Origin: Naegleria gruberi
Taxonomy: Eukaryota
Length of the DNA stretch: 64,000 bases
Strand: one strand, 5' to 3'
Assembly: GCA_000004985.1 (NCBI GenBank)
Contig: GG738882.1
A program made the position numbers and the translations under genes. Of the stretch, positions 11,888 to 21,715 are shown piece by piece. The notes under the pieces are model-generated. The model saw only the letters and a list, made by a program, of their open reading frames with translations, was not told where the DNA came from and searched no databases. How positions within the stretch are numbered: position 1 is the stretch's first letter; each line of letters starts with the position of its first letter.

Positions 11888-11962
11888 TTTTTTTAAAATT
11901 TAAATTTTATTTTTAGTTGAAAAACGGTCATACAATTCACTTCTCAATTTGTTGTTGTAGGT

Positions 11963-13810
11963 TCAATAATGCTCAATGACATTGAATCCAAGATCAGTAA
12001 ATATTTCTTTAACATTCCAAAAGTTTTCATAAACTAAAAGATGATGGTTTCCAAATGTAGAATCAACAAATTGTTCAACAGATTGCATTCTTAAACGTAA
12101 TTGAGTTCTACATCTCAATGGAGAAGTTTCTCTATCGTATACTACAACTGGAGCAATAATAACATCATGTGAATTTCTCATCTTGATGAGAGTAGCCATA
12201 GCTTGACTAGCACCAAGTCCAGCAACCATCTTGCTATTCATGCTATTTGCCTTAATATTTGCAATACGATTAACAGCTGGCATATCTACACGAACTGCAA
12301 CTCCTTGACCAGATTCGAAATGAGTGGTAATTTCGAAAGGTAATCCAGGAATAATTGGTGAGGTACAGTGAGCAATTAAGAGCTCATCATGAAGACCATT
12401 TTCAGATGGAGTCCAATCAACAATATTGGCCATGAATGGGGATTTGTTTAAAAACTTTTGACAAATAATCATTCCTAATAATGAATTCAATTCTCCTTCA
12501 CATGCTGATGCTTTCATTGTCAAAAAAGTACCATCACTCAACTTGAGTGATTGAATACCATTCAATAATCCAAGGGCAAGACATGGTGTAGTGTTAATAT
12601 CAGAAATTAAATCAAAACATCCAATTGTAAAACCATCCAATTTGTACTTGGATAATATTCTTTGAATTGCCACGTATACTCTGGATGCTTCAATCAAACT
12701 ATCCTTTGGAACTGTTGGAAGAGAAGAATCAGTTTTAATTTCTCCAGCACAAGAATGTGCATGATCTTCTTCATGTTGTTCTGAAGAACCACATTTTCCT
12801 CCACCACAACATGTGGTCTTTTCCTCAACTTTTGGTTCAACATTTGGTGCAGATTTAGAGCTACAACACTTGGAAGAGTTGAGTTTTTGTTCTTGCATTT
12901 GTTGAACTAGTGAGGCTATTTCTTTGGCATCTTCAGTTGAAACTTGTTTGAACATCTCATACAATTCCTTTGTTGTAATTCTAACGAATGGGAATCTGAA
13001 TGAAGGAGTGACAATTTCTTTACCTTCCATCATGTCTTTTGTAACAAAATCCTTTTCATTGATCAGCCATGGAGAAATATCGCCAATCAAACCCAATTTC
13101 ATATTAAAGAATGATTTCCAGAGTTTTTCATATTTTGAAGCAAATTCTTCAATCTTTGAATGAATGAGTTCTGGCTTATTTACAAGTGATGAAGGAATCA
13201 TGTATCCTCTAAAATATTGTCTCAATTCAAGAGCACTTGCCAATGAATTATTAAATGAATCACCCAATAAAACAATTGGTTTCTTCAATGTGACTAAATC
13301 TCTCAATAATTCCTCTGTACCTCCAGTTAATGGGCAAACCAACAAAACATTACAATCCTGATAAATTTCTTTCAATTGTTCTACAGAAGGTCTATTTTGC
13401 TTTGTTATCGACAAAACTTGTTCTCTATTTACATTATAAGTTGGTAGAACTGAAGTAGTCAAAATATTTTCACACTTTTCCGAAAATTTGTTATTCATCC
13501 TTTCATGTAATCCACTCCAAGAAAAAACAACACCTAATTTGATATTTTCCTTCTTGCTGCTTTCAGAGTTATTAGTATTTCTTAAACTTGTTGTTGTAGT
13601 GTAGAAACGTTCGGATCTAGTTTCCAAATAATTGAGTGTCATCATTGAATTTAAATTTTCATTTCTCAACAAATTGAAACTGTTGTTCTGAACTTTATTT
13701 CCAACCATACCAATATTAGTGGCACTTCTACTCGGAAGAGAATAAATAAATTGCTTTACAGCACTGGATGATGATGATCGAATATTAGCAAGGCTTTTAA
13801 ATGTTTTCAT
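11963..13810 (-). CDS. Uncharacterised 615-aa protein. C-terminal half has weak resemblance to the L-arabinose/L-fucose isomerase superfamily. Central Cys/His-rich linker.
   Basis: Long uninterrupted ORF. Linker CCSSKSAPN..CCGGGKCGSSEQHEEDHAHSC. C-terminal ..GNHHLLVYENFWNVKEIFTDLGF.. is reminiscent of the AraA C-terminus (GGAHHTVFS..). The function call is tentative. Confidence 0.45.
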   Translation of the reverse strand: MKTFKSLANIRSSSSSAVKQFIYSLPSRSATNIGMVGNKVQNNSFNLLRNENLNSMMTLNYLETRSERFYTTTTSLRNTNNSESSKKENIKLGVVFSWSGLHERMNNKFSEKCENILTTSVLPTYNVNREQVLSITKQNRPSVEQLKEIYQDCNVLLVCPLTGGTEELLRDLVTLKKPIVLLGDSFNNSLASALELRQYFRGYMIPSSLVNKPELIHSKIEEFASKYEKLWKSFFNMKLGLIGDISPWLINEKDFVTKDMMEGKEIVTPSFRFPFVRITTKELYEMFKQVSTEDAKEIASLVQQMQEQKLNSSKCCSSKSAPNVEPKVEEKTTCCGGGKCGSSEQHEEDHAHSCAGEIKTDSSLPTVPKDSLIEASRVYVAIQRILSKYKLDGFTIGCFDLISDINTTPCLALGLLNGIQSLKLSDGTFLTMKASACEGELNSLLGMIICQKFLNKSPFMANIVDWTPSENGLHDELLIAHCTSPIIPGLPFEITTHFESGQGVAVRVDMPAVNRIANIKANSMNSKMVAGLGASQAMATLIKMRNSHDVIIAPVVVYDRETSPLRCRTQLRLRMQSVEQFVDSTFGNHHLLVYENFWNVKEIFTDLGFNVIEHY

Positions 13811-14023
13811 TTTTTTTCTTTGTCAAATCAACAACAACCAAATAAGAGACTACTCTTATGAACACCATTATTGGCCATTAATTCAATTGCAATCAACAAT
13901 GTACATCCTTCATGACCATTACAAATTGAATAGTCAACCTTCTTTCAATTAAACTCCTCGAAGAAAATAGAGCGCACAATTCAGTTTCTAAGGATGCACA
14001 CATGGAAAATCTAATTAAAAAAA

Positions 14024-14776
14024 ATGTTAGCAACAAGAGAGGATGTTGCTGAGTATAGTAGTGATGAAGATCAGCTTCAAGTAAAACCAAATCATCACAA
14101 ACATGAGGCTAAACATAAGAAATCAACTCCAATTGTTATTGAATCTAATAGGGACAAGTTGACTAGCACCACTCTTACACCATCCTCATCAACAACAAGT
14201 ACGGAAAAATTGTCACAATCATCAATTGTAAATAATAGAGAAGAAAAGATTCAGGAATATAAACATATTAAACCTTTATCTGTTGATGATATTTCTAAAG
14301 GAGGAGGAAGAATTTCATATCCAAGCTTATCCGATATTTTGAGTGCAAGTAATAATGATTCATGGATGTCAATGGTTTTACCTTCTGCACCTCCATTAAT
14401 TGAAGATGAACAGGACCAAGTGATATCATATCCCCATTTATCTGATTTATCTAATCAAACACTTGAATATATTTTACCACCAATTGTAAAAAAGGAAGAA
14501 GAAAAGGAAAAAGCTGAACCAATTTTACCTCCTTTAGTAATACACAAAATTCAAGAAGGTGAAACATTGATTTCAATTTCTATCAAATATGGAGTTACAG
14601 AAGAGGCAATTAAATTGAAAAATAGAATGATGGATAGTGATTTAACATTGTACAATAAGATTGAACTACTCATTCCAGAACCAACTCAACTTCCACCAGA
14701 AGATTCTTTCAAAAAGAAAGAGTTAACTGAAGAAGAAAAACGAAAGATGAAGAGAGAAAGAAAGCATGGACTTTAA
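14024..14776 (+). CDS. LysM-domain protein with Ser/Thr-rich N-terminus
   Basis: ATG at 14024. LysM motif VIHKIQEGETLISISIKYGVTEEAIKLKNRM. Lys/Glu-rich C-terminal tail. Confidence 0.55.
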   Translation: MLATREDVAEYSSDEDQLQVKPNHHKHEAKHKKSTPIVIESNRDKLTSTTLTPSSSTTSTEKLSQSSIVNNREEKIQEYKHIKPLSVDDISKGGGRISYPSLSDILSASNNDSWMSMVLPSAPPLIEDEQDQVISYPHLSDLSNQTLEYILPPIVKKEEEKEKAEPILPPLVIHKIQEGETLISISIKYGVTEEAIKLKNRMMDSDLTLYNKIELLIPEPTQLPPEDSFKKKELTEEEKRKMKRERKHGL

Positions 14777-14784
14777 CTTTATTC

Positions 14785-15093
14785 ATGAGATTATGTAATG
14801 TTTGTGAAGATGAAGCAAGGTATTATTTATCTATACATGATTTCGATTTTAAAGAAGCACTTCAAGAACATAAGAGTGATTTAGAATGGGAGCGAGAACA
14901 TAATGAGAAATTGAGCAAAAAGAAGAGAAAGAAGCAAATTGACAATTTTTTAGATGAAAACCCAAGAGTAATGAACATTTTAAGATTTTTATCATTTTGC
15001 ATTCCAAACAACACCAATTCTCGAAAAAAGAACAAGGATGTAGAATTAGATTTGATTCAGGATGATGTGATAGAATATGATAGCGATTATTGA
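14785..15093 (+). CDS. UBA-like-domain small protein. Possibly the C-terminal part of the LysM gene after a frameshift, since only 8 nt separate the two ORFs.
   Basis: MRLCNVCEDEARYYLSIHDFDFKEALQEHK matches the UBA-like fold pattern (L..F..IT......A..YL....WDLE.AL) of DCN1/p47/TAP-C type N-termini. Confidence 0.4.
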   Translation: MRLCNVCEDEARYYLSIHDFDFKEALQEHKSDLEWEREHNEKLSKKKRKKQIDNFLDENPRVMNILRFLSFCIPNNTNSRKKNKDVELDLIQDDVIEYDSDY

Positions 15094-15215
15094 AATAAAG
15101 CAAAACCTTCGTAATATCATTTTATATCAGTAAGATCTTTACTAATCATATGACTACCTCCAAGTGTCTTGAATCTAACATGTTCTTATTAGAATCTTGT
15201 TGAAGATTTTCGTTA

Positions 15216-16151
15216 GTGAAACTATTCGGGATATTGGACCAATCCTCTTTGCATAAAAAGAAAATTGGAAAAAGACTACAGCATTCCTCAAATGACAAAA
15301 TCATCTCGGAAATTCAATCCACAGTTCATAAAATTTTCACGAATGGTATGATTGATGGAATTCCAAAATATTATTTTAATGAATATTCGGAATTTATTGG
15401 ATTATTATTTGGTGATGGATTATTACATACTGTGAAATTTAATTCTTGGATGGCACTGTTTAAGGATTATTTTGGATTTAAAATTCATATTGCTGTCTGG
15501 TCTGTTTTGTGCATTTGTTGGTGGTTGATTGGCATGATTTTGAAAGTTGGTACATTTCAAGTATCAGCAATCAAAATATTACTTTTCATTTCAATTATTT
15601 TCTTTCTAATTGGATTAAGTTTTTCATTTATAAAACTTTTTGTGGTGCCAGAAATAGTAAAGCACATGAATGAATACATTTCGAAAAGTAGAAATTCAAA
15701 TGAATTGGGAGATTTATTTAATTATTATTCGAAAAACTCTGAAAAACCTGAAAATAACTTCTTTTTGGCTGTAGATGGAGAAGAAATTGTTGGACATGTT
15801 GCTCTTGACAAGTGGATTTATCCAGGAGATGCATTTGAAGATGCTGAATTTATTCAAGAATGTGACCGAGTACAGAATACCTCTTTGAAAATGCTTGAAA
15901 TTAGAAGAATGAGTGTGAAAAGCTCATATCGTGGAGGAGGTGTTGCTACTGCTCTATTAAAACATGTTTTTAAGTATTCTAAAGAATTGGAAATGGATAG
16001 AATTATACTCAAGACAAGTTCACTTCAGGTTGGTGCCAGAAGATTGTATAGCAAACTTGGATTTGAAATTTTGGGAGTTTTGAGATTTGGTCCACCATTT
16101 TCAGTTTTTAAATTCATGATTGACACCTCGAAAATAAATATATCTAAATAA
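15216..16151 (+). CDS. Membrane-anchored GNAT-family N-acetyltransferase (NAT8/camello-like). True start codon uncertain.
   Basis: Two hydrophobic helices (IAVWSVLCICWWLIGMIL, ILLFISIIFFLIGLSFSFI). GNAT core FLAVDGEEIVGHVAL..LEIRRMSVKSSYRGGGVATALLKHV..GFEILG. The track start is GTG. Confidence 0.6.
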   Translation: MKLFGILDQSSLHKKKIGKRLQHSSNDKIISEIQSTVHKIFTNGMIDGIPKYYFNEYSEFIGLLFGDGLLHTVKFNSWMALFKDYFGFKIHIAVWSVLCICWWLIGMILKVGTFQVSAIKILLFISIIFFLIGLSFSFIKLFVVPEIVKHMNEYISKSRNSNELGDLFNYYSKNSEKPENNFFLAVDGEEIVGHVALDKWIYPGDAFEDAEFIQECDRVQNTSLKMLEIRRMSVKSSYRGGGVATALLKHVFKYSKELEMDRIILKTSSLQVGARRLYSKLGFEILGVLRFGPPFSVFKFMIDTSKINISK

Positions 16152-16550
16152 TTATTTTTCCAAATTCCTAATTTATTGAAAATAAACCATTTTTACACAT
16201 GGAACAATTCTGTTCGACTTTTTACAATAAATATTTAGTGATTCAATTCAACTCTGGAAATTAAAAAAAAAGAAGAGTGCTTGGTGATTGCGATCAAATA
16301 ATAATTAGCCTGGTTTCCATTGGAGTCGAATCCTGTGCTGTATTCGGGTTGGATGATGAATTGTTGGATATGGTGCCTATTGTCTTGTTGCTGTTCAAGA
16401 AAAGGAAGTTGCTGAAATGGAAAAGAATCAAGACGCCATTCAAGATCCACCTTTTATTCGCTCAAACTTAAACTCCTTAGAGGCACTCACTTAACACACT
16501 CAGAAAATTATAATTTTTAAATACTATACTTTTCTATGAAAAGACGTGAA

Positions 16551-16623
16551 GGGGTCATGGCGCAGTCGGTAGCGCGTAGGTCTCATAATCCTAAGGTCGT
16601 GAGTTCGATCCTCACTGACCCCA
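16551..16623 (+). tRNA. tRNA-Met (anticodon CAT), elongator type
   Basis: Cloverleaf GGGGTCA/TGACCCC acceptor, D-arm GCGC-AGTCGGTA-GCGC, anticodon loop CTCATAA, T-arm GTGAG-TTCGATC-CTCAC (T54, elongator type). Followed by a TTTTT Pol III terminator at 16625-16629. Confidence 0.85.
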
Positions 16624-16630
16624 ACTTTTT
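16624..16630 (+). terminator. Pol III T-run terminator following tRNA-Met
   Basis: The sequence CTTTTT lies immediately 3' of the discriminator base. Confidence 0.6.
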
Positions 16631-16764
16631 GCGTTGGTGCTTGTTTGTTGTTTTAAGGTATTAATAATTTAGGGCACTGTTACATTTTAAGTTGAAGCGT
16701 TGGTTTCCTGTCATTTTAGGTTTTCCATCAAGTTTTTAAATCAATTTTAAAAAAAAATCAAAAA

Positions 16765-18234
16765 ATGATTCCTGTCCGAAGATTACTTGCAGGTGGTGAT
16801 GACAATGGTGATGATAATACAAGCAACGCTTCAAGTCACAATGAGGAAGAAGAAGAATTTGGAATTGTTTACATCAATGATGAAGAAAATCAACAACCAG
16901 TAGATGAGGAAATTCATTACATGGTCGATGAAGAGGAACTTGTAGAAGGAGGAGAATTTGTTAGATCTTCAACAAGTAGAATACGTAAAAATGTTCAATT
17001 AATTGAATCTGTACCTAATAACATTATTCAAAATGAAGATTGTCTTTCGGATTATTTTAGATTTAGACTTGGCAGTTTGGCTTTATTTCAAAAGAAGACT
17101 ACACAATTGGGTTTTCCACTCCGATTAATTTTGAATGAACAAGAGAATCCAACCAGAGTAGAATTAACTTCAGAAAATTTACCATCCTATCTCCTACAAG
17201 AATACATGTTTAATCAAGAGAATTATGAAATGGTTAATAACGAAGTGGAAGAATATGTACAATCAATAATGAAGGATACAGGAAGGGAGAAACAGACACT
17301 CCTTTGTCCAATGATTCATTTGATTAAGGATATTAATAGAATGAAATTTGGATGGAAATCAGCTACATCATTGGAATATAAACATGCAAAAATTGAAAAA
17401 AATCAAAAAAGAGAAAATGAAATGATTGTTTCGAATCAAGAGACTCAATCACATGAATATTTGGAAAATTTACCATCTGTCTTTAGTAAGTATTTCAAAT
17501 ATTATTCATAAAACTAAACATCATTAATAGGAATTGAAAAACTACCAGGATCTCAACCAATATCCTATTATTATAATCATAGAGTAGTTATTCAATTACA
17601 TCCATATTTATGTTTACAAGTTAAACCTTCTGAATTGAGACAGAATCAACACTATAACATTTCACACAGCAAGACAACCAAATATAAGGGATATTACTTT
17701 TATTTTGAAATTACAATATTGGATTCGAAGTTTACTTCAAAGTATGGTGATGAAGCAGTTACTGAGGTAGGAGTTGGATTATCAGAATTTAGATATGAAG
17801 ATGGAATGACTGGATGGTATCAAAATTCAATTGGTTATCACACTGATTGTGGAAGAATTTATCTTAATCAACCTGAGAATACTGAAAAGAATTATGCAGG
17901 AAGAGCAAAGATTGGCGATACCATTGGTGTATCGTGGAGTTTAGACTCTGGAGATATTGTATTCACACGAAACGGTGTTGTATGTAGAACTGCTGTTGGT
18001 GTATCTTGTTGGAATAAGGATTTTTGGTCGAAAGAATTTAAAACATTTTGCCCAACTATTAGTAGTGATTATGAAGAACAGGTATTCTACGTGAATGTAG
18101 GATTGAATAGAGCAATTTATCCTTTCAGATACTACCTATTTAATACCTATGAGGAACAGGAGATTATGTTTTCATATGTCGATAATAGTAGACATCCTTT
18201 TATTGATATTAATATAATTACAACAAGTGAATAG
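16765..18234 (+). CDS. Acidic-N-terminus protein with C-terminal SPRY (B30.2-like) domain. 2 exons, 45-nt intron at 17486-17530.
   Basis: GTAAGT..AATAG intron joins PSVF|RIEKLPGSQ.. in frame with the 17635 ORF. SPRY motifs GYYFYFEITIL, GVGLSEF, IGYHTDCGRIY, GDTIGVSWSLDSGDIVFTRNG. Confidence 0.6.
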
Positions 18235-18405
18235 ATTTATCCAAATGAATTGAGAAACAACTAAATGATACTTATTTAGTGATTACAAAAAGAGATCGTT
18301 ATTAGTAGATTCATTTGATAACTTTGGAATTGAAAAGGTAGTTTTGATTCTCCTTCTCGCATCCAATTTCTTTTGTGATTTTTTGATCCAACACATAATT
18401 AATAA

Positions 18406-19464
18406 TTATTCCAACTGAATTACAATATCTGAGAAACTCCTCAACGATATTTTTCTATTTACAAAATTGGATTTTAACAAATTTGAACTAATAAATATTT
18501 CAAGTTCTGAACTCGTTGATTTGTCCAAATTTTCAATAATTGCATTCATAACTGAACTATTACTAACATTTCCACTCAACAAGTGGTATTCAAATTTTGT
18601 AAAGTATTGCTTGTTCCTCTCTTCTAAACACATTTCTTCTACTCTCGAAACAATATAAGAAATCCTTTCTCTAAATCCATTCCACTCATATAACTCACTA
18701 AGTTCAGGGCGAATTGCTGAGTGTTCCTCAATGGAAAATTCTCCACTCATTGAATGCTTTAAAACTAGCTCCACATCAGTAAATAGAATAACCACTCTAG
18801 TGGAATAATTTAAACCGATCAGTATTACCAATTCACTCAAAGCCATCACCAGTATTAAATTATATCGTTCACTTTTCAATGAAATACTCATGATATATAT
18901 TTCACTATTTCTCAGACTCTTTAATTCTGCATCAAAATGATCCAATATTTTGTCATGATAAACTAGAACATATTCCTTTGAATTGAAATATTTTGAAAAG
19001 TGAAAATCTGAACTTTGCATTTCTTCCACTGCTAATTTCCTTTCTAATTTCTTTAAAACTCGATTCACATTTAATAATTTAATATCTTTCCGTATTTGAT
19101 TAGATAATAACATTAATTCCATTTCAAAATCAATTGATCCATAAATTTTCATTCTACTCAATTGATCCAATCTTCTCTCCACAACATTTAATAAATAATT
19201 AGAACAATCACCACTATATTCCGAAACGAAATGTTCTATTACTTGTGTCATTATATGGATTCGTCCTTTTTTTGATTGGATGGAAATTGATTCTTCCTTT
19301 AGAATATCAAGTAGTGGATGTGAAGTAGTTCCGAAAAGGATTAGTCTGGATTTTCTATTACCATTGAATGATATTTCACTTTTAAATTGTTCCGTTTCGC
19401 CTTCTTTTGCTTTGATCATTTCCGAATAGGATGGAAATAGTGGTTTAAATATTAATTGTCCCAT
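18406..19464 (-). CDS. Hypothetical 352-aa protein with an N-terminal MGQ (possible myristoylation) motif
   Basis: Clean single ORF with ATG at 19464. No recognisable catalytic motif. Confidence 0.5.
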   Translation of the reverse strand: MGQLIFKPLFPSYSEMIKAKEGETEQFKSEISFNGNRKSRLILFGTTSHPLLDILKEESISIQSKKGRIHIMTQVIEHFVSEYSGDCSNYLLNVVERRLDQLSRMKIYGSIDFEMELMLLSNQIRKDIKLLNVNRVLKKLERKLAVEEMQSSDFHFSKYFNSKEYVLVYHDKILDHFDAELKSLRNSEIYIMSISLKSERYNLILVMALSELVILIGLNYSTRVVILFTDVELVLKHSMSGEFSIEEHSAIRPELSELYEWNGFRERISYIVSRVEEMCLEERNKQYFTKFEYHLLSGNVSNSSVMNAIIENLDKSTSSELEIFISSNLLKSNFVNRKISLRSFSDIVIQLE

Positions 19465-19681
19465 TTTTTTTATTCGAATCTTTACAATTTCTAATTACAA
19501 TAAACATTAAATTGAACAATCATTATTCTACCAGTATCTGTTCAACTCCATCTTTTGTAAATGAATTTCCATTTATTGTTTGAAAAAAAATTTTACAAAA
19601 AAAATAACTCAAAGGCTAGCCTTATCCACACACAAGCCTTTGCACGCGGCTATCCCGGGACAAAATTCGTACAACAGTGTG

Positions 19682-21673
19682 ATGGAGGAAATTAATGTTC
19701 ATATTGCAGGTAATGGAATTGGCAGTGAGGGTGATGGTGGTTTAGCCATCAATGCGGAATTGGAGGAAGAAATTTTCTTCCTCTACTTCCATCCCATCAC
19801 CGATGATATCCTATTTCCTGACAGTGGCAGAATTAGAAAAATTGATTCATCAACGCAAGTGATTAGCACAATTGCAGGTAGTACAAAAAAGATTTATGAT
19901 TCAGCAGAAAATGAAAATAATGGAGATGGAGGATTGGCAATTGATGCATCCTTTTATAGATACTCTTATGGTCTTGTGATTCATCCCATAACTTTGGATA
20001 TTTATGTGTTTGGTGGTGCATATATTCGTAAAATTGATTCAAAAACACAAATAATTTCCACAATTGCTAAAGCTCAAAACCAAATTTATAATTTTACACT
20101 AGATCCAAAGAATAATATTCTCTATTTGGCAGAGAAAAATAGAATTGTTGGTTTAGACCTTTCAACAAAAAATCAGCACATTCTGTTCAGTACTAAAGAT
20201 GAAATAACCTCGCTTGATTGGGACATTAATGATCAAAGATTGTACTTTGTGAAGTCATACATACAATATTGCAAGCTAGATCCAATAACAAAGAGAATAA
20301 CAATTTTATTGAAAAGTGATTTTGACGAAGAGTCTTTGGTTACCCAAAGTCAAAACAAGCTAAGAAATATTGTAGACATGATCAAGGATCCAAATAGTGA
20401 CTTTGTTTACTTTGTAGATGAAGGATTTAATGAGATGAGAATAGTTAGAATGAATTCTCTAGATAACTCAATAGTTACTTTAACCAAATCCAAAGATACT
20501 CTCTGGCTTTTGAATGTGGATTCGAATGGTGATATTTATTATCATATTCAAACAGGTAGTAGTATTTTCAAAATTGTAAGAATGTCCCTATTGAAGAAAT
20601 ATGAAAGAGATGAAATTGATAATACCAGTTTGGTTTGTTGTAGATATTTATTAGATGTATATGCTCCTCATTTTCATGATTTTCTATTTAATGATGAAAT
20701 AGTTATTAAATCATTGAATAAGAATCAAGAATACATTATTCAACATTTGATTAATTCAATTATTTATCAAGAGGAAGATCAATGGTTCGATAAATATGAT
20801 TTGATTGATATTCTTGATATATTGGGTAAAATTGAAGGAAACAATTTCATGAAATTGAAAAGATATTTAATTAACAAGTTTATGGCCTCAATTAATAATC
20901 AGTCATGTATTGAGACTCTTGAAAAAGTGAGCAAGATGAAAAACAATTCAAAATTAATGCAAGAAATGTTTGAATTTACTATTGAGAAAATTGCTGATTT
21001 GATGAAATTTACTTCTTCAGAATTGGTCAATCATGAAATTATTCAACAAAATATCCTATTAATTTCTGGAAAGTTTAATAAGGTTCATAACGGTCAACCT
21101 TCTCCCATAATTATTCAACATTCACCAATTTCAAGGAAAATATCTTCCATTGAAAGTCTATTCAATGACGAAAAGACAAGTGACATTAGAATCAAAATTA
21201 ACAATACTAAATATCATTGCCACAAGACCATACTTTCAAGTCATAGTACCTATTTTGAATCATTATTCAGCAATAATTTCCAGGATATTAATAATAATGA
21301 CTATGAAGTGACTACAGAAGAATTTGATGAAAACGCTCACGAAATTATTTTGAAATATTGTTATTCTATTAGTGGCAATATAGAACTTGATACAAGAATT
21401 TTTAAATGTGCAACTTTTTATGGAATGCAAAAATTGGCAGATGCATGTGTAGAAAAAATAGTCCTTAATGAGAATAATTATTTTGAAATTGTTCAACAAT
21501 TTTCTTCTATTGAAAATGATCTGCTTAACCAAAAGATTATTGAATTTGGATTTATTAATGCTAAAAGGCTGTTTGCAGACGAAGAAAATTATTCTAAAGT
21601 GGATGAAAAAATCAAGGACAAGATATTACAAAAATTTATAACACTAGCAAGAACACCCAAAAGAAAACACTAA
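19682..21673 (+). CDS. NHL-repeat + BTB/POZ (+BACK-like) domain protein
   Basis: First ATG at 19682; the track ORF begins at TTG 19580. NHL repeats: GDGGLAINAELEEEIFFLYFHPITDDILF, GDGGLAIDASFYRYSYGLVIHPITLDIYVF. BTB: TSDIRIKINNTKYHCHKTILSSHSTYFESLF. Confidence 0.65.
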   Translation: MEEINVHIAGNGIGSEGDGGLAINAELEEEIFFLYFHPITDDILFPDSGRIRKIDSSTQVISTIAGSTKKIYDSAENENNGDGGLAIDASFYRYSYGLVIHPITLDIYVFGGAYIRKIDSKTQIISTIAKAQNQIYNFTLDPKNNILYLAEKNRIVGLDLSTKNQHILFSTKDEITSLDWDINDQRLYFVKSYIQYCKLDPITKRITILLKSDFDEESLVTQSQNKLRNIVDMIKDPNSDFVYFVDEGFNEMRIVRMNSLDNSIVTLTKSKDTLWLLNVDSNGDIYYHIQTGSSIFKIVRMSLLKKYERDEIDNTSLVCCRYLLDVYAPHFHDFLFNDEIVIKSLNKNQEYIIQHLINSIIYQEEDQWFDKYDLIDILDILGKIEGNNFMKLKRYLINKFMASINNQSCIETLEKVSKMKNNSKLMQEMFEFTIEKIADLMKFTSSELVNHEIIQQNILLISGKFNKVHNGQPSPIIIQHSPISRKISSIESLFNDEKTSDIRIKINNTKYHCHKTILSSHSTYFESLFSNNFQDINNNDYEVTTEEFDENAHEIILKYCYSISGNIELDTRIFKCATFYGMQKLADACVEKIVLNENNYFEIVQQFSSIENDLLNQKIIEFGFINAKRLFADEENYSKVDEKIKDKILQKFITLARTPKRKH

Positions 21674-21715
21674 CTTATTCAAACTTACCTCAGGTTTTAC
21701 AAAAAATCTATTTTA

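Noticed and set aside
16235-16471. Two small overlapping ORFs between the GNAT gene and tRNA-Met
   Set aside because: They are short, mutually antisense and have no motifs. The region is better explained as 3' UTR plus the tRNA upstream region.
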